Under the pieces are notes generated by a model. The model saw nothing but the letters and a program-made list of their open reading frames with translations, ran no database searches and was not told where the DNA came from. From the NCBI GenBank assembly GCA_030594645.1, contig JAUVEU010000001.1, positions 81,405 through 145,404 of the forward strand: 64,000 nt of DNA, in the 5' to 3' direction. Below, in pieces: positions 9,156 through 18,555 of the stretch. The translations under genes and the position numbers were made by a program. This stretch comes from Candidatus Aegiribacteria sp. (GTDB lineage Bacteria > Fermentibacterota > Fermentibacteria > Fermentibacterales > JCC-6). The first letter of the stretch is position 1. Each line of letters starts with the position of its first letter.

Positions 9156-10633
9156 TACTCACCTTCCCGAAATAACACCAGCGCTCTCTGAACCGTTTCA
9201 TCGTGAGGTGTCATGGCTACGTAGAAAGTCTTCCTGTCATAGATTCGAGCAGCAATTTCCGCGAATAGAGCCCTCTCGATATAAAACAGATTTTCTTCAA
9301 ATTCTCCGGATTCCCATTCCAGATCTTCTTCATCCAGGAATTGCTTGAACTCCGCCATACAAGTGCTATCAGGCCAGAAATCCTCTGGAATGTCATGGTC
9401 AAGAACGTAATCTGTCGCAAAGCTAAAGAACATCGATCCAATGATGAGTTCCGCCGGCAGAGATCCGATGATTTCAGGAGATTCGATGGTGATGTCCGGA
9501 AGAATTCCCCAGTCCGCAAGGCTGTCTTCCTCGGGGCTACTCATGAAATCGTCGGACAGGGTTCTGTCAATATTTCTTCCTTCAGGTGTAAAGTATCTCG
9601 CTGTAGTAAGTTTGACTCCGTAATGTCCAAGATTGTGAAAATCACCAAGATCTATCAATGTTTGAACGGATCCTTTTCCAAAAGTTCTGTTTCCGATAAG
9701 AGTACCTGCGCCATGATCCTGAATAGCTCCCGCCAGAATCTCAGACGAGCTTGCGCTCCCTCCATCAACTAGAATAATAAGTTCTCCGGTGAAAGTGGGT
9801 CCCTTCGAAGTGAAGTACTGGTGTTCTCCGACTGCATTACCTCTGGTAGAAACAACAAGTGTTCCAGCAGGGAGAAATAAGTCAGCAATATCAATCGCTG
9901 CTGAGAACAGGCCACCAGCATTTCCCCTTATATCAAGTATCAGATATTCAGTGCCCTGAGTAATAAGATCTTGAAGAACTGCTCTTACTTCCTTCGCAGA
10001 CTCTTCTCCAAATCTTGATAGCCGAATAAATCCGGTAGTATCATCAATCATGAATCCTGCAGTAACCGATGGAAGATCTATAACATCTCTCACGATCTCG
10101 AATTCAAGGGAATCTGGCGAGCCTGGCCGGACAACCGTGAGATTCACAGTGCTTCCTCTTGGCCCTCTTATCTGCATAACTGCATTATCCGTTGTGATTC
10201 CTTCTGTGGAGTTTTCGTCAATCTCAACGATTCTGTCTCCTGCTTTCATGCCAGCCTGAAAAGCAGGGGTACCTTCGAGCGGAGATATCACTGTAAGCCA
10301 TTCATCTCTGATTCCAATTGTAATCCCAACACCTTCAAAAGAACCTGTCAGTTGTATCCTGAGATTCTCATAGTCCTCCGGATCCAGAAGAACACTGTTC
10401 GGATCAAGAGATTCCAGCATGCCTCTGAGAGCAGCCTCGATCAATTCTACTGATTCAACTGGATCAACGTATGTTACTGAAGTTCTGGAGAATACTTCCA
10501 TAAACAGTTCAATGGAGGAACTCGTTGAAACCGAGTCATATGCGATCGCGGAGGGAAGAACCATCAGTCCACCGGCAAGCAGAAGACCACCAGCGAATAT
10601 GACTGTCACCCAGCCTGGCAGGAACTTTTTCAT
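9155..10633 (-). CDS. ctpA: Carboxy-terminal processing protease, S41A family (PDZ)
   Basis: N-terminal signal/TM, LDPNS, GVG PDZ loop, DIRGNAGG, SASSSEI and FGKGSVQ. Confidence 0.9.
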   Translation of the reverse strand: MKKFLPGWVTVIFAGGLLLAGGLMVLPSAIAYDSVSTSSSIELFMEVFSRTSVTYVDPVESVELIEAALRGMLESLDPNSVLLDPEDYENLRIQLTGSFEGVGITIGIRDEWLTVISPLEGTPAFQAGMKAGDRIVEIDENSTEGITTDNAVMQIRGPRGSTVNLTVVRPGSPDSLEFEIVRDVIDLPSVTAGFMIDDTTGFIRLSRFGEESAKEVRAVLQDLITQGTEYLILDIRGNAGGLFSAAIDIADLFLPAGTLVVSTRGNAVGEHQYFTSKGPTFTGELIILVDGGSASSSEILAGAIQDHGAGTLIGNRTFGKGSVQTLIDLGDFHNLGHYGVKLTTARYFTPEGRNIDRTLSDDFMSSPEEDSLADWGILPDITIESPEIIGSLPAELIIGSMFFSFATDYVLDHDIPEDFWPDSTCMAEFKQFLDEEDLEWESGEFEENLFYIERALFAEIAARIYDRKTFYVAMTPHDETVQRALVLFREGE

Positions 10634-11301
10634 CTATTTTTCTCCTCCGTTTTAATCGATCTTCTTGCGATAAGACTGATCACTCTACTTAAAATGATTT
10701 CGTCCTGTTGGACGGGGTTCAACATCGCATCCACTACGAAGTACCTGCTTTCCGATTTGGCCATATCAAGATACATCTGTCTGACACGTCTGTGAAAAGC
10801 AATATCCTCAAGTTCAATTCGATCGCGCTTCCGACCTTGCCTCATGAGCCGTCTGAAGCCTTCCTCAGGATCAATATCAAGCAGTACTGTCAAATCGGGG
10901 GTAAGACCTCCGGTAGCAAGCCTGTTCGACTCCTTCACCGGTTCTGATGGAAGTCCCCTTCCTCCGATCTGATAGGCATACGTTGCGTCTGAGTACCGCT
11001 CGCAGATAACATGCTGCCCCGATTCGAGCGCCGGTCTGACGATAAGTTCAACATTCGAGGCTCTGGAGGCCAGGTACAGCATCAGTTCAGTCAAAGGTGG
11101 TACTTTAAGATCGGGATCAAGCAGTATTGACCGTATTTTCTCAGATGCAAAAGGCCCCCCCGGTTCACGGGTATGAACAACATCAATACCACTCTTCTCA
11201 AGTGAATCGATAAGTGTCAGACACCTTGATGATTTACCCGCTCCCTCAACACCTTCAAAGGTGATGAAGCAGCCTGTAGAACCGTCGGAATCTCTATCCA
11301 A
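10630..11301 (-). CDS. tmk: Thymidylate kinase
   Basis: FITFEGVEGAGKS P-loop, TREPGG, ERY..AYQ and PDLT. Confidence 0.95.
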   Translation of the reverse strand: MDRDSDGSTGCFITFEGVEGAGKSSRCLTLIDSLEKSGIDVVHTREPGGPFASEKIRSILLDPDLKVPPLTELMLYLASRASNVELIVRPALESGQHVICERYSDATYAYQIGGRGLPSEPVKESNRLATGGLTPDLTVLLDIDPEEGFRRLMRQGRKRDRIELEDIAFHRRVRQMYLDMAKSESRYFVVDAMLNPVQQDEIILSRVISLIARRSIKTEEKNR

Positions 11302-11309
11302 GATTTATT

Positions 11310-12431
11310 CTATTTCTTCGTCTTCTTCTCAGAAGCCGTCTTTTCCTGCTTTTTCTGTCCAAACTCCGTGATATACTCCTCGGTCATCCTTCTGCACTGA
11401 TCATCGTAATACTGAATGGGAGGAGTTTTAAAGAAGTAGGATGACGGAGCTTCGACTGCTCCGGAAAGTCCGTTATCCAGAGCGAGTTTTGCGCATCTTA
11501 CCGCATCTATGATAACTCCAGCCGAATTCGGGCTGTCCACAACTTCAAGTTTGGCTTCAATATTCAGTGAAACCTCACCGAAACTGGTACCTTCCATTCG
11601 GATATAACACCATTTTCTGTCATCGAGCCATGGTATGTAATCGCTGGGACCGATATGAACGTTCCTTGGTTCAAGTCCGCCGGGAAGCTGTGAAGTTACC
11701 GCGTTTGTCTTGGATATCTTCTTGCTTTCAAGTCTTTCACGCTCAAGCATATTCAGGAAATCGGTATTACCGCCGACATTCAACTGGTATGTGCGGTCAA
11801 GCCTTACACCCCTGTCTTCGTAAAGGCGGGTCATGACTCGGTGCAGGATCGTAGCTCCCACCTGACTCTTGATATCGTCACCGAAAACGGGAAGTCCCTT
11901 ATCACGGAACCTCTTCTGCCAGTATTCCTCGCTGGCGATAAATACGGGAATAGCATTCACAAACGCGCAGCCGGCTTCAAGTATCTGTTCAACGTACCAT
12001 TTTGTCGCTTCTTCGCTCCCTACCGGAAGATAACTTACAACAACATCTGTTTTTGTCTCTTTGAGAATACCAACAATGTCAGATGTGGGGCCGGGCGCTT
12101 TTACAATAACTTCCTTCAGATACTTTCCAAGACCGTCATGCGTCATTCCTCTTTGTACCTTAACACCAATTTCAGGAACATCGCATAGTTTCACCGTACA
12201 GTTGGGATCAGCGAATATCGCTTCGCTGATATCCTTGCCAACCTTGGTGACATTGATGTCAAACGCAGCAGAGAATTCAATATCATTAATGTGATATCCG
12301 CCGAGGTTGACGTGCATAAGCCCCGGGACCTTGTCATGATCAGAGGTTTTTCTATAGAACTCCACACCCTGAACAAGACTGCTTGCGCAGTTTCCGACTC
12401 CAATTATCGCTACTCTTACTTTCTTGGACAT
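11310..12431 (-). CDS. ino1: Inositol-3-phosphate synthase
   Basis: [41 protein letters not shown] and DSPNSAG. Confidence 0.94.
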   Translation of the reverse strand: MSKKVRVAIIGVGNCASSLVQGVEFYRKTSDHDKVPGLMHVNLGGYHINDIEFSAAFDINVTKVGKDISEAIFADPNCTVKLCDVPEIGVKVQRGMTHDGLGKYLKEVIVKAPGPTSDIVGILKETKTDVVVSYLPVGSEEATKWYVEQILEAGCAFVNAIPVFIASEEYWQKRFRDKGLPVFGDDIKSQVGATILHRVMTRLYEDRGVRLDRTYQLNVGGNTDFLNMLERERLESKKISKTNAVTSQLPGGLEPRNVHIGPSDYIPWLDDRKWCYIRMEGTSFGEVSLNIEAKLEVVDSPNSAGVIIDAVRCAKLALDNGLSGAVEAPSSYFFKTPPIQYYDDQCRRMTEEYITEFGQKKQEKTASEKKTKK

Positions 12432-12482
12432 TCATTGCCTCCCTGAAGGGATTGAAACGTAATTGTAGACGACTTTACGGGA

Positions 12483-13097
12483 TTATTCCTCATCAGTTGA
12501 AATCTCCCTGCCGTCCCTGAATACTTTTACCATTCTCTGACCGGCTGTGAACCATGTTCCTACAGCTAATATGGCCAGTGCAAGCACTATAGCTCTTGTG
12601 TCCCATAATCCCGAAACAACAAGACCCATTATAAGCAATATGAGCCTTTCTGTCCGAGTGACAAGCCCCACTGAGCATGAAAGATTCACTCCTTCAGCTC
12701 TGGCTCTGACATAGCTTACCATGAACGAGCCGCCGATCGCGGCCGGCACAAGGTAAATCAGCTCATGATGAGCGGCTCCCGCTTTTCCAGCAAGAATAGC
12801 CGCAAACATGAATAGCTCACCTATGCGATCACAGCTGGAATCAAAAACTGCTCCAGCTTTACTCTCTATACCCTGCCTGCGCGCAAGTTCCCCATCCATA
12901 GCATCAAGAATGCTACCTGTGATGAAAACCGCGACACCGGCAATATACTTTCCGTCCCAGACAAGCCACGAGGCAACTATTGTAAGAAGAAGACCAAGTG
13001 CCGTAACCGTAAACGGACTTACTCCTGCTAAAACCAGCAGTCTGATAATGGGAATCAGAAGATTTCTACCGGCATTTCTAATACTTTCCAGGTTCAA
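12483..13097 (-). CDS. CDP-alcohol phosphatidyltransferase, probable phosphatidylinositol-phosphate synthase
   Basis: DxxDGxxAR-x8-GxxxDxxxD signature (DAMDGELARRQGIESKAGAVFDSSCD) and SYVRARAE; adjacent to ino1. Confidence 0.85.
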   Translation of the reverse strand: MNLESIRNAGRNLLIPIIRLLVLAGVSPFTVTALGLLLTIVASWLVWDGKYIAGVAVFITGSILDAMDGELARRQGIESKAGAVFDSSCDRIGELFMFAAILAGKAGAAHHELIYLVPAAIGGSFMVSYVRARAEGVNLSCSVGLVTRTERLILLIMGLVVSGLWDTRAIVLALAILAVGTWFTAGQRMVKVFRDGREISTDEE

Positions 13098-13157
13098 ATA
13101 ACCTCCTGGGAATCGTTCTGTAAAAGCAATGTAAAATAGGAACGGGAGCGGGAATCG

Positions 13158-13865
13158 TCAATCAAAGTAATCTTCACCGAGTTCCTTCCCGCCAACAACA
13201 AGTGTGATCTCTCCCCGCACCTTTCTGTCACCGAATCGCTTGATAACATCGGTAATATTCCCTCGAATATACTCCTCGTGTACTTTTGTTATTTCCCTTG
13301 CGATACAGACAGGTCGATTACCTAAAACCCCATGCATCTCTCCCAGATACTTCAGGAGATGATGAGGACCAATGAAATATACTATTGAACCACTATAAGA
13401 AGACATCTCTTCAATTTTTCTCTTTCTGGCTCCTATTTTTCTGGGAAGGAAACCCTCAAACGCAAATCTGTCCACTGGAAGACCGGATCCGACAAGTGCA
13501 GTGGTAACGGCTGTTGGACCTGGAATAACTTCAATCCGGTATCCTTCACGCAACGCAATTCTGACAGCTTTAAACGACGGATCTGAAATCCCGGGCATAC
13601 CTGCATCCGAGACAAGAGCGACTGTCAATCCATTTTCAAGGAATTCTTTTAACTGAGGAAGCCTTCCGGCAGCATTATGATCATGGTAACTGTACAGTCT
13701 CTTCGTTTCATTTACAAATTTTGCCGTTCTGCGAGTATCCTCGGCAAACACAGCTGATGCGTTCTCAATTGCCTCAACCGCACGGGGGGACATGTCCCCC
13801 AGATTGCCTATAGGAGTGGCAACCAGTACAAGCTTTCCAGCCTTTTTTGAGATGCCGGTTATCAC
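13158..13865 (-). CDS. rsmI: 16S rRNA (cytidine1402-2'-O)-methyltransferase
   Basis: VATPIGNL, AEDTRRT, SDAGMPGISDP and REITKVHEE. Confidence 0.94.
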   Translation of the reverse strand: MITGISKKAGKLVLVATPIGNLGDMSPRAVEAIENASAVFAEDTRRTAKFVNETKRLYSYHDHNAAGRLPQLKEFLENGLTVALVSDAGMPGISDPSFKAVRIALREGYRIEVIPGPTAVTTALVGSGLPVDRFAFEGFLPRKIGARKRKIEEMSSYSGSIVYFIGPHHLLKYLGEMHGVLGNRPVCIAREITKVHEEYIRGNITDVIKRFGDRKVRGEITLVVGGKELGEDYFD

Positions 13866-14113
13866 GGGGCGCTCTTATTCCGCTCGCTGGTTCGATCAAG
13901 CAGTCTCTGCTGAAGGCTCTGTATGCTGTCGGCAAGCTTATCGGTCTCTTCGATGTTCTTCTCAATAATCACATTGAAAACATCACCCTCACGCGAATGG
14001 TCAGGAAGATAATCCGCAGGAAGAAGCCACATGTGTCCTTCTTTTGTAACAAGAACGGCAATCTCCTCTTCAATCCTGTCAAGCGAAACAAGAAGCTCTC
14101 TGTTTTCTGGCAT
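13862..14113 (-). CDS. DUF3006 family small protein
   Basis: LDRIEEEIAVL..LP...REGDV pattern. ATG at 14113 with GGAGG RBS. Confidence 0.75.
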   Translation of the reverse strand: MPENRELLVSLDRIEEEIAVLVTKEGHMWLLPADYLPDHSREGDVFNVIIEKNIEETDKLADSIQSLQQRLLDRTSERNKSAP

Positions 14114-14298
14114 ATTCCTCCAATCGAACAAATATACAACCAATCGATAATTACGACGATTAACAGTTGAAGGAATGTCTACCGCTTCTCCAGACTCTAT
14201 TGGTACCGGCATCCCTCATTGGTGAGGTTATGGTTCTATTCAAAGTGCTTCAAAGAGTGCTTGAGAACCTTTTCATGTTTCAGCCGGACTGCCCACTG

Positions 14299-15606
14299 TT
14301 ATGCGAACGGAGCCAGGCAGAGTGCATTCTGTATCTTATCGCGTTGTATTGAGGCTACTCCCACTTCATCCGCATAGTCCCTCCAGCGCGATACAACCTC
14401 TCTCACTTCGCCAATTATTGTCTTAACCCGCTCGTGTTTCATTGAAGCAGCCCTGGCGCACATCCTGAAATCTTCCATCGTGAAGTTAGCTCGCTTTCCG
14501 TTCATAGTCATCTGGTGACTGGATGTCCATTTCCCTCCCGGCTGGAAACTGTACGCCATGTCGAAGGCGGGTGCAAGCGACCATTTCCCGGATCTGTTCA
14601 TCAGAAAAGCAATATTCTTGACATGGTCATCCTGGTTTCGGGCAACGATATTGAATACCATCCGTCGAAACTGCTCCTCTACCGCACTGTGAGGCAGTCC
14701 GAGCCGCCGAATAACCTGATATGCCTGCTCATAGCTGTATGCACCGGCCTTGTTAAGATCGAAATGAGCCATCGCAGCAAGGGATTGCATATGGAGCTTC
14801 CCACCGTCAGGCAGCCGGTCGAATCGGCGGGTCATGAAGTGCCGACGGCCACTTTCCTCGAAGAGTCTGCACTCGCTCATCGTGATACCAGAGTCTCTTG
14901 CCATCCTGTGATAAGCATACTCGATGGCCCCGTATCCCTGGGGATCTTCCAGATCCTTATCCTTGTTGCCGCTGACTCCGTCGAACTTGAGAATCCAGTA
15001 CTCGAAACCCTCTACTGCCTTGACCTGACCAGAGCACACTTCGTTGGACTCAGGATTCCAGGCAATCACGGCTTTCGCGCGAGCCCCACCTGCGGATGTT
15101 CCAACTCTAAGGATATCTCTCATTGTATCAGCTTTGCATTTATCTGCAAATGTACCTCGCAAGTTGTCCCGATTCCTGAGAATATCGGACGCCAATTTAA
15201 CCAGTCGATCCACGTGAAGACGGGTTCTCCTTCCGGGCTGTGGACCCATGATGGGAAAGAACTCCAGAGCACCCATTCCCCTCGTTCCAGTGTAGCACAG
15301 GCGTTCCACCGCATTGAACGACTCCGGTGTCCTTCCCTGCGTAGCCAGCCATGCATCAATCAGAGTATTGCCAAACTGGTCAGGTAACGAGTCCGCCAGA
15401 AGACCCGGCAGACCATGAAAGGTGATCAACGGAAGTGCTGAAAACGCATAGACCCGCTCGGACAGCGGCATCATAAGCGGCGCAATCTGAATATCGCTTC
15501 GGGAAAACGACGGTTCATACTGGAATGACGCCGTCTCAGCACTCTCCTCCAGCGCCACCGCACCGATGGTACTACCCCATAGTCTCACCTCGGCAACCGT
15601 GCTCAT
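14299..15606 (-). CDS. HipA family Ser/Thr kinase toxin (N-terminal coupled domain plus kinase)
   Basis: DSLPD, RGMGALEF, SAGGARAK P-loop, WILKF, RFDR, NQDDHVKN and LAPAFD. ATG overlaps the antitoxin stop (ATGA). Confidence 0.92.
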   Translation of the reverse strand: MSTVAEVRLWGSTIGAVALEESAETASFQYEPSFSRSDIQIAPLMMPLSERVYAFSALPLITFHGLPGLLADSLPDQFGNTLIDAWLATQGRTPESFNAVERLCYTGTRGMGALEFFPIMGPQPGRRTRLHVDRLVKLASDILRNRDNLRGTFADKCKADTMRDILRVGTSAGGARAKAVIAWNPESNEVCSGQVKAVEGFEYWILKFDGVSGNKDKDLEDPQGYGAIEYAYHRMARDSGITMSECRLFEESGRRHFMTRRFDRLPDGGKLHMQSLAAMAHFDLNKAGAYSYEQAYQVIRRLGLPHSAVEEQFRRMVFNIVARNQDDHVKNIAFLMNRSGKWSLAPAFDMAYSFQPGGKWTSSHQMTMNGKRANFTMEDFRMCARAASMKHERVKTIIGEVREVVSRWRDYADEVGVASIQRDKIQNALCLAPFA

Positions 15607-15956
15607 TCCTGATCTCCCCAGTGCCATTTTTCATCTGATTTTACTGCACGTTTGGAGGAAGCTCTCCTTCGATCCTTCCCTTTCAGCCTCAGCAGCTCCA
15701 TTGGTCTGAGGCCTGTTTCAGGAACCAGGCGGTCTACTCCATCTATAAGTTCCAGGACGCGCAGCAGACGAATAAGTGTAGACATCTGAATGTCTCTACC
15801 AGCCTCAATTCGTTCGACTGTTCGCTTGCCCAGCCCAGCCTGCTCGGCTGCATCCGCCTGGGTAATCCCCAGATCCAGACGCCTGCGCGCGATGCGACGG
15901 CCCAGTTCTTCCAGTACCGTTTCAGGCGTCATCTGTTTCTCGATTTTCATTACCAT
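15603..15956 (-). CDS. XRE-family HTH antitoxin (HipB-like)
   Basis: ITQADAAEQAGLGKRTVERIEAG HTH and C-terminal Trp tail; directly upstream of the hipA-like gene. Confidence 0.88.
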   Translation of the reverse strand: MVMKIEKQMTPETVLEELGRRIARRRLDLGITQADAAEQAGLGKRTVERIEAGRDIQMSTLIRLLRVLELIDGVDRLVPETGLRPMELLRLKGKDRRRASSKRAVKSDEKWHWGDQE

Positions 15957-15996
15957 GACCTCCTGGAAGCAAATTAGTGAATGCTACCATCTCTTC

Positions 15997-16168
15997 TCGT
16001 AATATACGGCGAGTAATACGTCTGACAAGCTGTAACTCGCACTATGATGCGATATATCTATTCAATTTGTCGTCATATGTGAAGACAGTACTCTTGATTC
16101 ATTAATGAGTAATCGCCAGATATTACTAGTTGTCTGCGGCAATAGCGCTTACTCGACACTAACGACGA
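15997..16168. promoter_or_regulatory. Array of five 16-bp pseudo-palindromic operator-like boxes (TCG-N10-CGA) upstream of hipBA
   Basis: TCGTAATATACGGCGA (15997), TCGCACTATGATGCGA (16037), TCGTCATATGTGAAGA (16070), TCGCCAGATATTACTA (16113), TCGACACTAACGACGA (16153). Confidence 0.65.
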
Positions 16169-16200
16169 CTTACGGAAAGAATGCACACTTAAAAACCATC

Positions 16201-16262
16201 CGGGGACATCCACTCTATGGTGGGTGTCCCCAAAAAACATGACGCTCTGCTGCGTGTCCCCG
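16201..16262 (+). repeat. 62-bp REP-like palindromic element, copy 1
   Basis: GGGGACATCCAC-TCTATG-GTGGGTGTCCCC hairpin plus a second TGTCCCC; matches the reverse complement of 20694-20755 at 59/62 nt. Confidence 0.85.
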
Positions 16263-16346
16263 CAACAAACGTACAATCAAAGTTTGCAAACAGCAATTGA
16301 GGAATGTATTTTCGGGGCGCGTGCTAAACCACGGGAAAGGAATATT

Positions 16347-17765
16347 TTGAAAACCGTACTTGTCTACCCAAGGTACAACTGGATCGAGTACAACGGCCTG
16401 GCTGAACCAATAGGGGTGCTTCACCTCGTCAGCGCGCTGCGACTGGCCGGACAGGATCCAGTATATGCAGATTACTCCTTTTGCAAGAACCTGGATGAAC
16501 TTGATGATCTCTTTGTGAACGCGGGCATGATTTGTATTGCTGTATCAGCAGCTGCAAAACTGGATCGAGCCAGAATCGTTACTGATCACCTGCGGAAAAT
16601 CAATCCTGATGCTTTCTTCGTAGCGGGAGGAGCATATCCAAGCATCTTCCCGGAAAAGTCAATCGAAGAAATGAATGTGGACTGTGTACTTGTCGGTGAA
16701 GCCGAGGAATCCATGGTCGAACTGGCGGAAATCATTGAAAAAGGCGGGGATTTCAGGGAAATCCGCAATCTTGTCTACCGAAATACAGATGGCGAATACG
16801 TAATCAATCAAAGGCGACCTGTGGTAGCTGACCTGGACACAATTCCTTTTCCCGCGAGGGATGTCGTTGATTACGATTCCTATTTCAAAGAAGGCATGGC
16901 CGAATACGGCATGGTTACTACAAGAGGATGCCCTTTCAAATGCATTTACTGCAAACCAAGCACAGACCTCATTTTCGGTGGAGGAATACGATACAGAAGC
17001 GCGGAGAATGTTGTAGAAGAGATTATCGAACTTGCCTCTTTGAGAAATGAGAATTGCCTGAGAATCTTCTTCAAGGATGATACCATCACAATGCATCCTA
17101 CTTCATGGTTTGAGGAATTCAGGGACGGTCTCCGGAATGCAGATATTTCACTTGAATGGCACTGCAACAGCAGAGTCGATACCGTAACCCGTGACAAGGT
17201 CAGGGTAATGGGAGAAAGCGGTTGCCACTGCATCTCGTTCGGTGTTGAGAGCGGAAGTCAGAGAATCCTTGATTTCTATAAGAAAGGTACTACTCCGGAT
17301 CAGGCAGTTGACGCCTTCGAGTGGTGCCATGAATTCGGTATAGAAGCCACCGCCAATCTGATGATAGGTCTGCCGCTTGAAACAGAAGATGATATTCAGG
17401 CAACGTACGACCTTCTTAAGAAACTCAAACCGGATGATATTATCGTCTACTTCTCCACAGCCATCCCGGGGCGATACATACACGAATGGGCAGTGGAAAA
17501 TGATTACCTCGCATGCGACACCAATCCCGAACTTCTTGATCCCGCAAGGAACAGAGCCCATGAAGTCATGAACATGCGTCTTCCTAACCTTTCCGTTGAT
17601 GACGTCATATCATGGAAACACAAGATGGAGCGATACAGAAGCTGGAGAAAAGTAACCAGTTTCAGCAACATACAGAGGTGGGTTGAGGAGCTTCTCGATG
17701 ACCCTGCGCCAGCATCAAAAAAAGCGGGGCGTGTACTGAGAGGATTCCTCGGCCAGGGCGATTAG
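16347..17765 (+). CDS. Cobalamin-binding domain radical SAM protein
   Basis: EPIG.., GGAYPS and GEAE B12-domain motifs; RGCPFKCIYC (CxxxCxxC); GVESGSQRIL. TTG start at 16347 after AAAGGA. Confidence 0.9.
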   Translation: MKTVLVYPRYNWIEYNGLAEPIGVLHLVSALRLAGQDPVYADYSFCKNLDELDDLFVNAGMICIAVSAAAKLDRARIVTDHLRKINPDAFFVAGGAYPSIFPEKSIEEMNVDCVLVGEAEESMVELAEIIEKGGDFREIRNLVYRNTDGEYVINQRRPVVADLDTIPFPARDVVDYDSYFKEGMAEYGMVTTRGCPFKCIYCKPSTDLIFGGGIRYRSAENVVEEIIELASLRNENCLRIFFKDDTITMHPTSWFEEFRDGLRNADISLEWHCNSRVDTVTRDKVRVMGESGCHCISFGVESGSQRILDFYKKGTTPDQAVDAFEWCHEFGIEATANLMIGLPLETEDDIQATYDLLKKLKPDDIIVYFSTAIPGRYIHEWAVENDYLACDTNPELLDPARNRAHEVMNMRLPNLSVDDVISWKHKMERYRSWRKVTSFSNIQRWVEELLDDPAPASKKAGRVLRGFLGQGD

Positions 17766-17795
17766 ACATAACGGTTGTTAGGGGGCAACAGCAGC

Positions 17796-18104
17796 ATGAG
17801 CATACAATTCAGAAAGAATATCATAATCTTTTGCGGGGCGCTGGTTCTTCGGATAGTATTGGTAACAACTGAGGTATTCTTGAACTTCACAGGCTTCGCA
17901 CTGCATGCTGTTTATGCAATTCTGATACTGTCCATGTTTGTGTTGATCTGGCTTGTTAATTACCCTCTTGTCGCAGAACTCAAAAACAAAGTACTTCGGT
18001 TTTTATCGTGCAGTGGAATAGCTTTGCTACTCACCGGCATGTTCGTGTTGGCTATCGCAATTCAAGGCACTCTTTTCAAGCTCTTAATAAAAGGTTCTTT
18101 TTAA
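17796..18104 (+). CDS. Small hypothetical membrane protein (about 3 TM helices)
   Basis: Three hydrophobic stretches in an AT-rich ORF; no recognised family. Confidence 0.5.
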   Translation: MSIQFRKNIIIFCGALVLRIVLVTTEVFLNFTGFALHAVYAILILSMFVLIWLVNYPLVAELKNKVLRFLSCSGIALLLTGMFVLAIAIQGTLFKLLIKGSF

Positions 18105-18229
18105 CATTCCTGAACAATTATGGATCTGTTACTAACAAAAGCTTTTAAGCACGCACCTCGATCCTGTCATTCATCAAGGAATTTGAAATTTAAAAGGCAG
18201 CAAGTTAAGGCTTATCACTCCCCACATAT

Positions 18230-18413
18230 TGCCGGGAGTGAGCACAGCCACTCGAGGTCCGAATTGAAGAGGGCGTTTCATGAGGCGATGTCCCGGCTCC
18301 AGCAGACGGTCCCGAATTACATCAAAGGTCTACCATCGTTCCGGGAAGGGTCGAAACTCAAGCTTGAGGAAATATGTGATGCGGTCGAAAGCCTGGTTGA
18401 ATATCTTGCATAG
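18230..18413 (+). pseudogene. Possible 3' remnant of an unidentified gene
   Basis: Protein-like helical C-terminus (ELKRAFHEAMSRL...EYLA*) without a credible start or RBS. Left boundary approximate. Confidence 0.25.
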
Positions 18414-18555
18414 GGATTTGGATAACCATATCCTGAAAGTATGCGTGTTGCAGTTAGCACTTTTCAGAAGTAGGTTGCAGTCAGTGAATTATCCTGGCTA
18501 ATTGGAATAATCAGCTGGATGAGAGACGCCGGAGTATTTTCAGAGGGGATAGTAT

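Noticed and set aside
11310..13097. Di-myo-inositol-phosphate compatible-solute pathway
   Set aside because: No inositol-phosphate cytidylyltransferase domain or gene in the window; the short transferase better fits PIP synthase. Not fully excluded.
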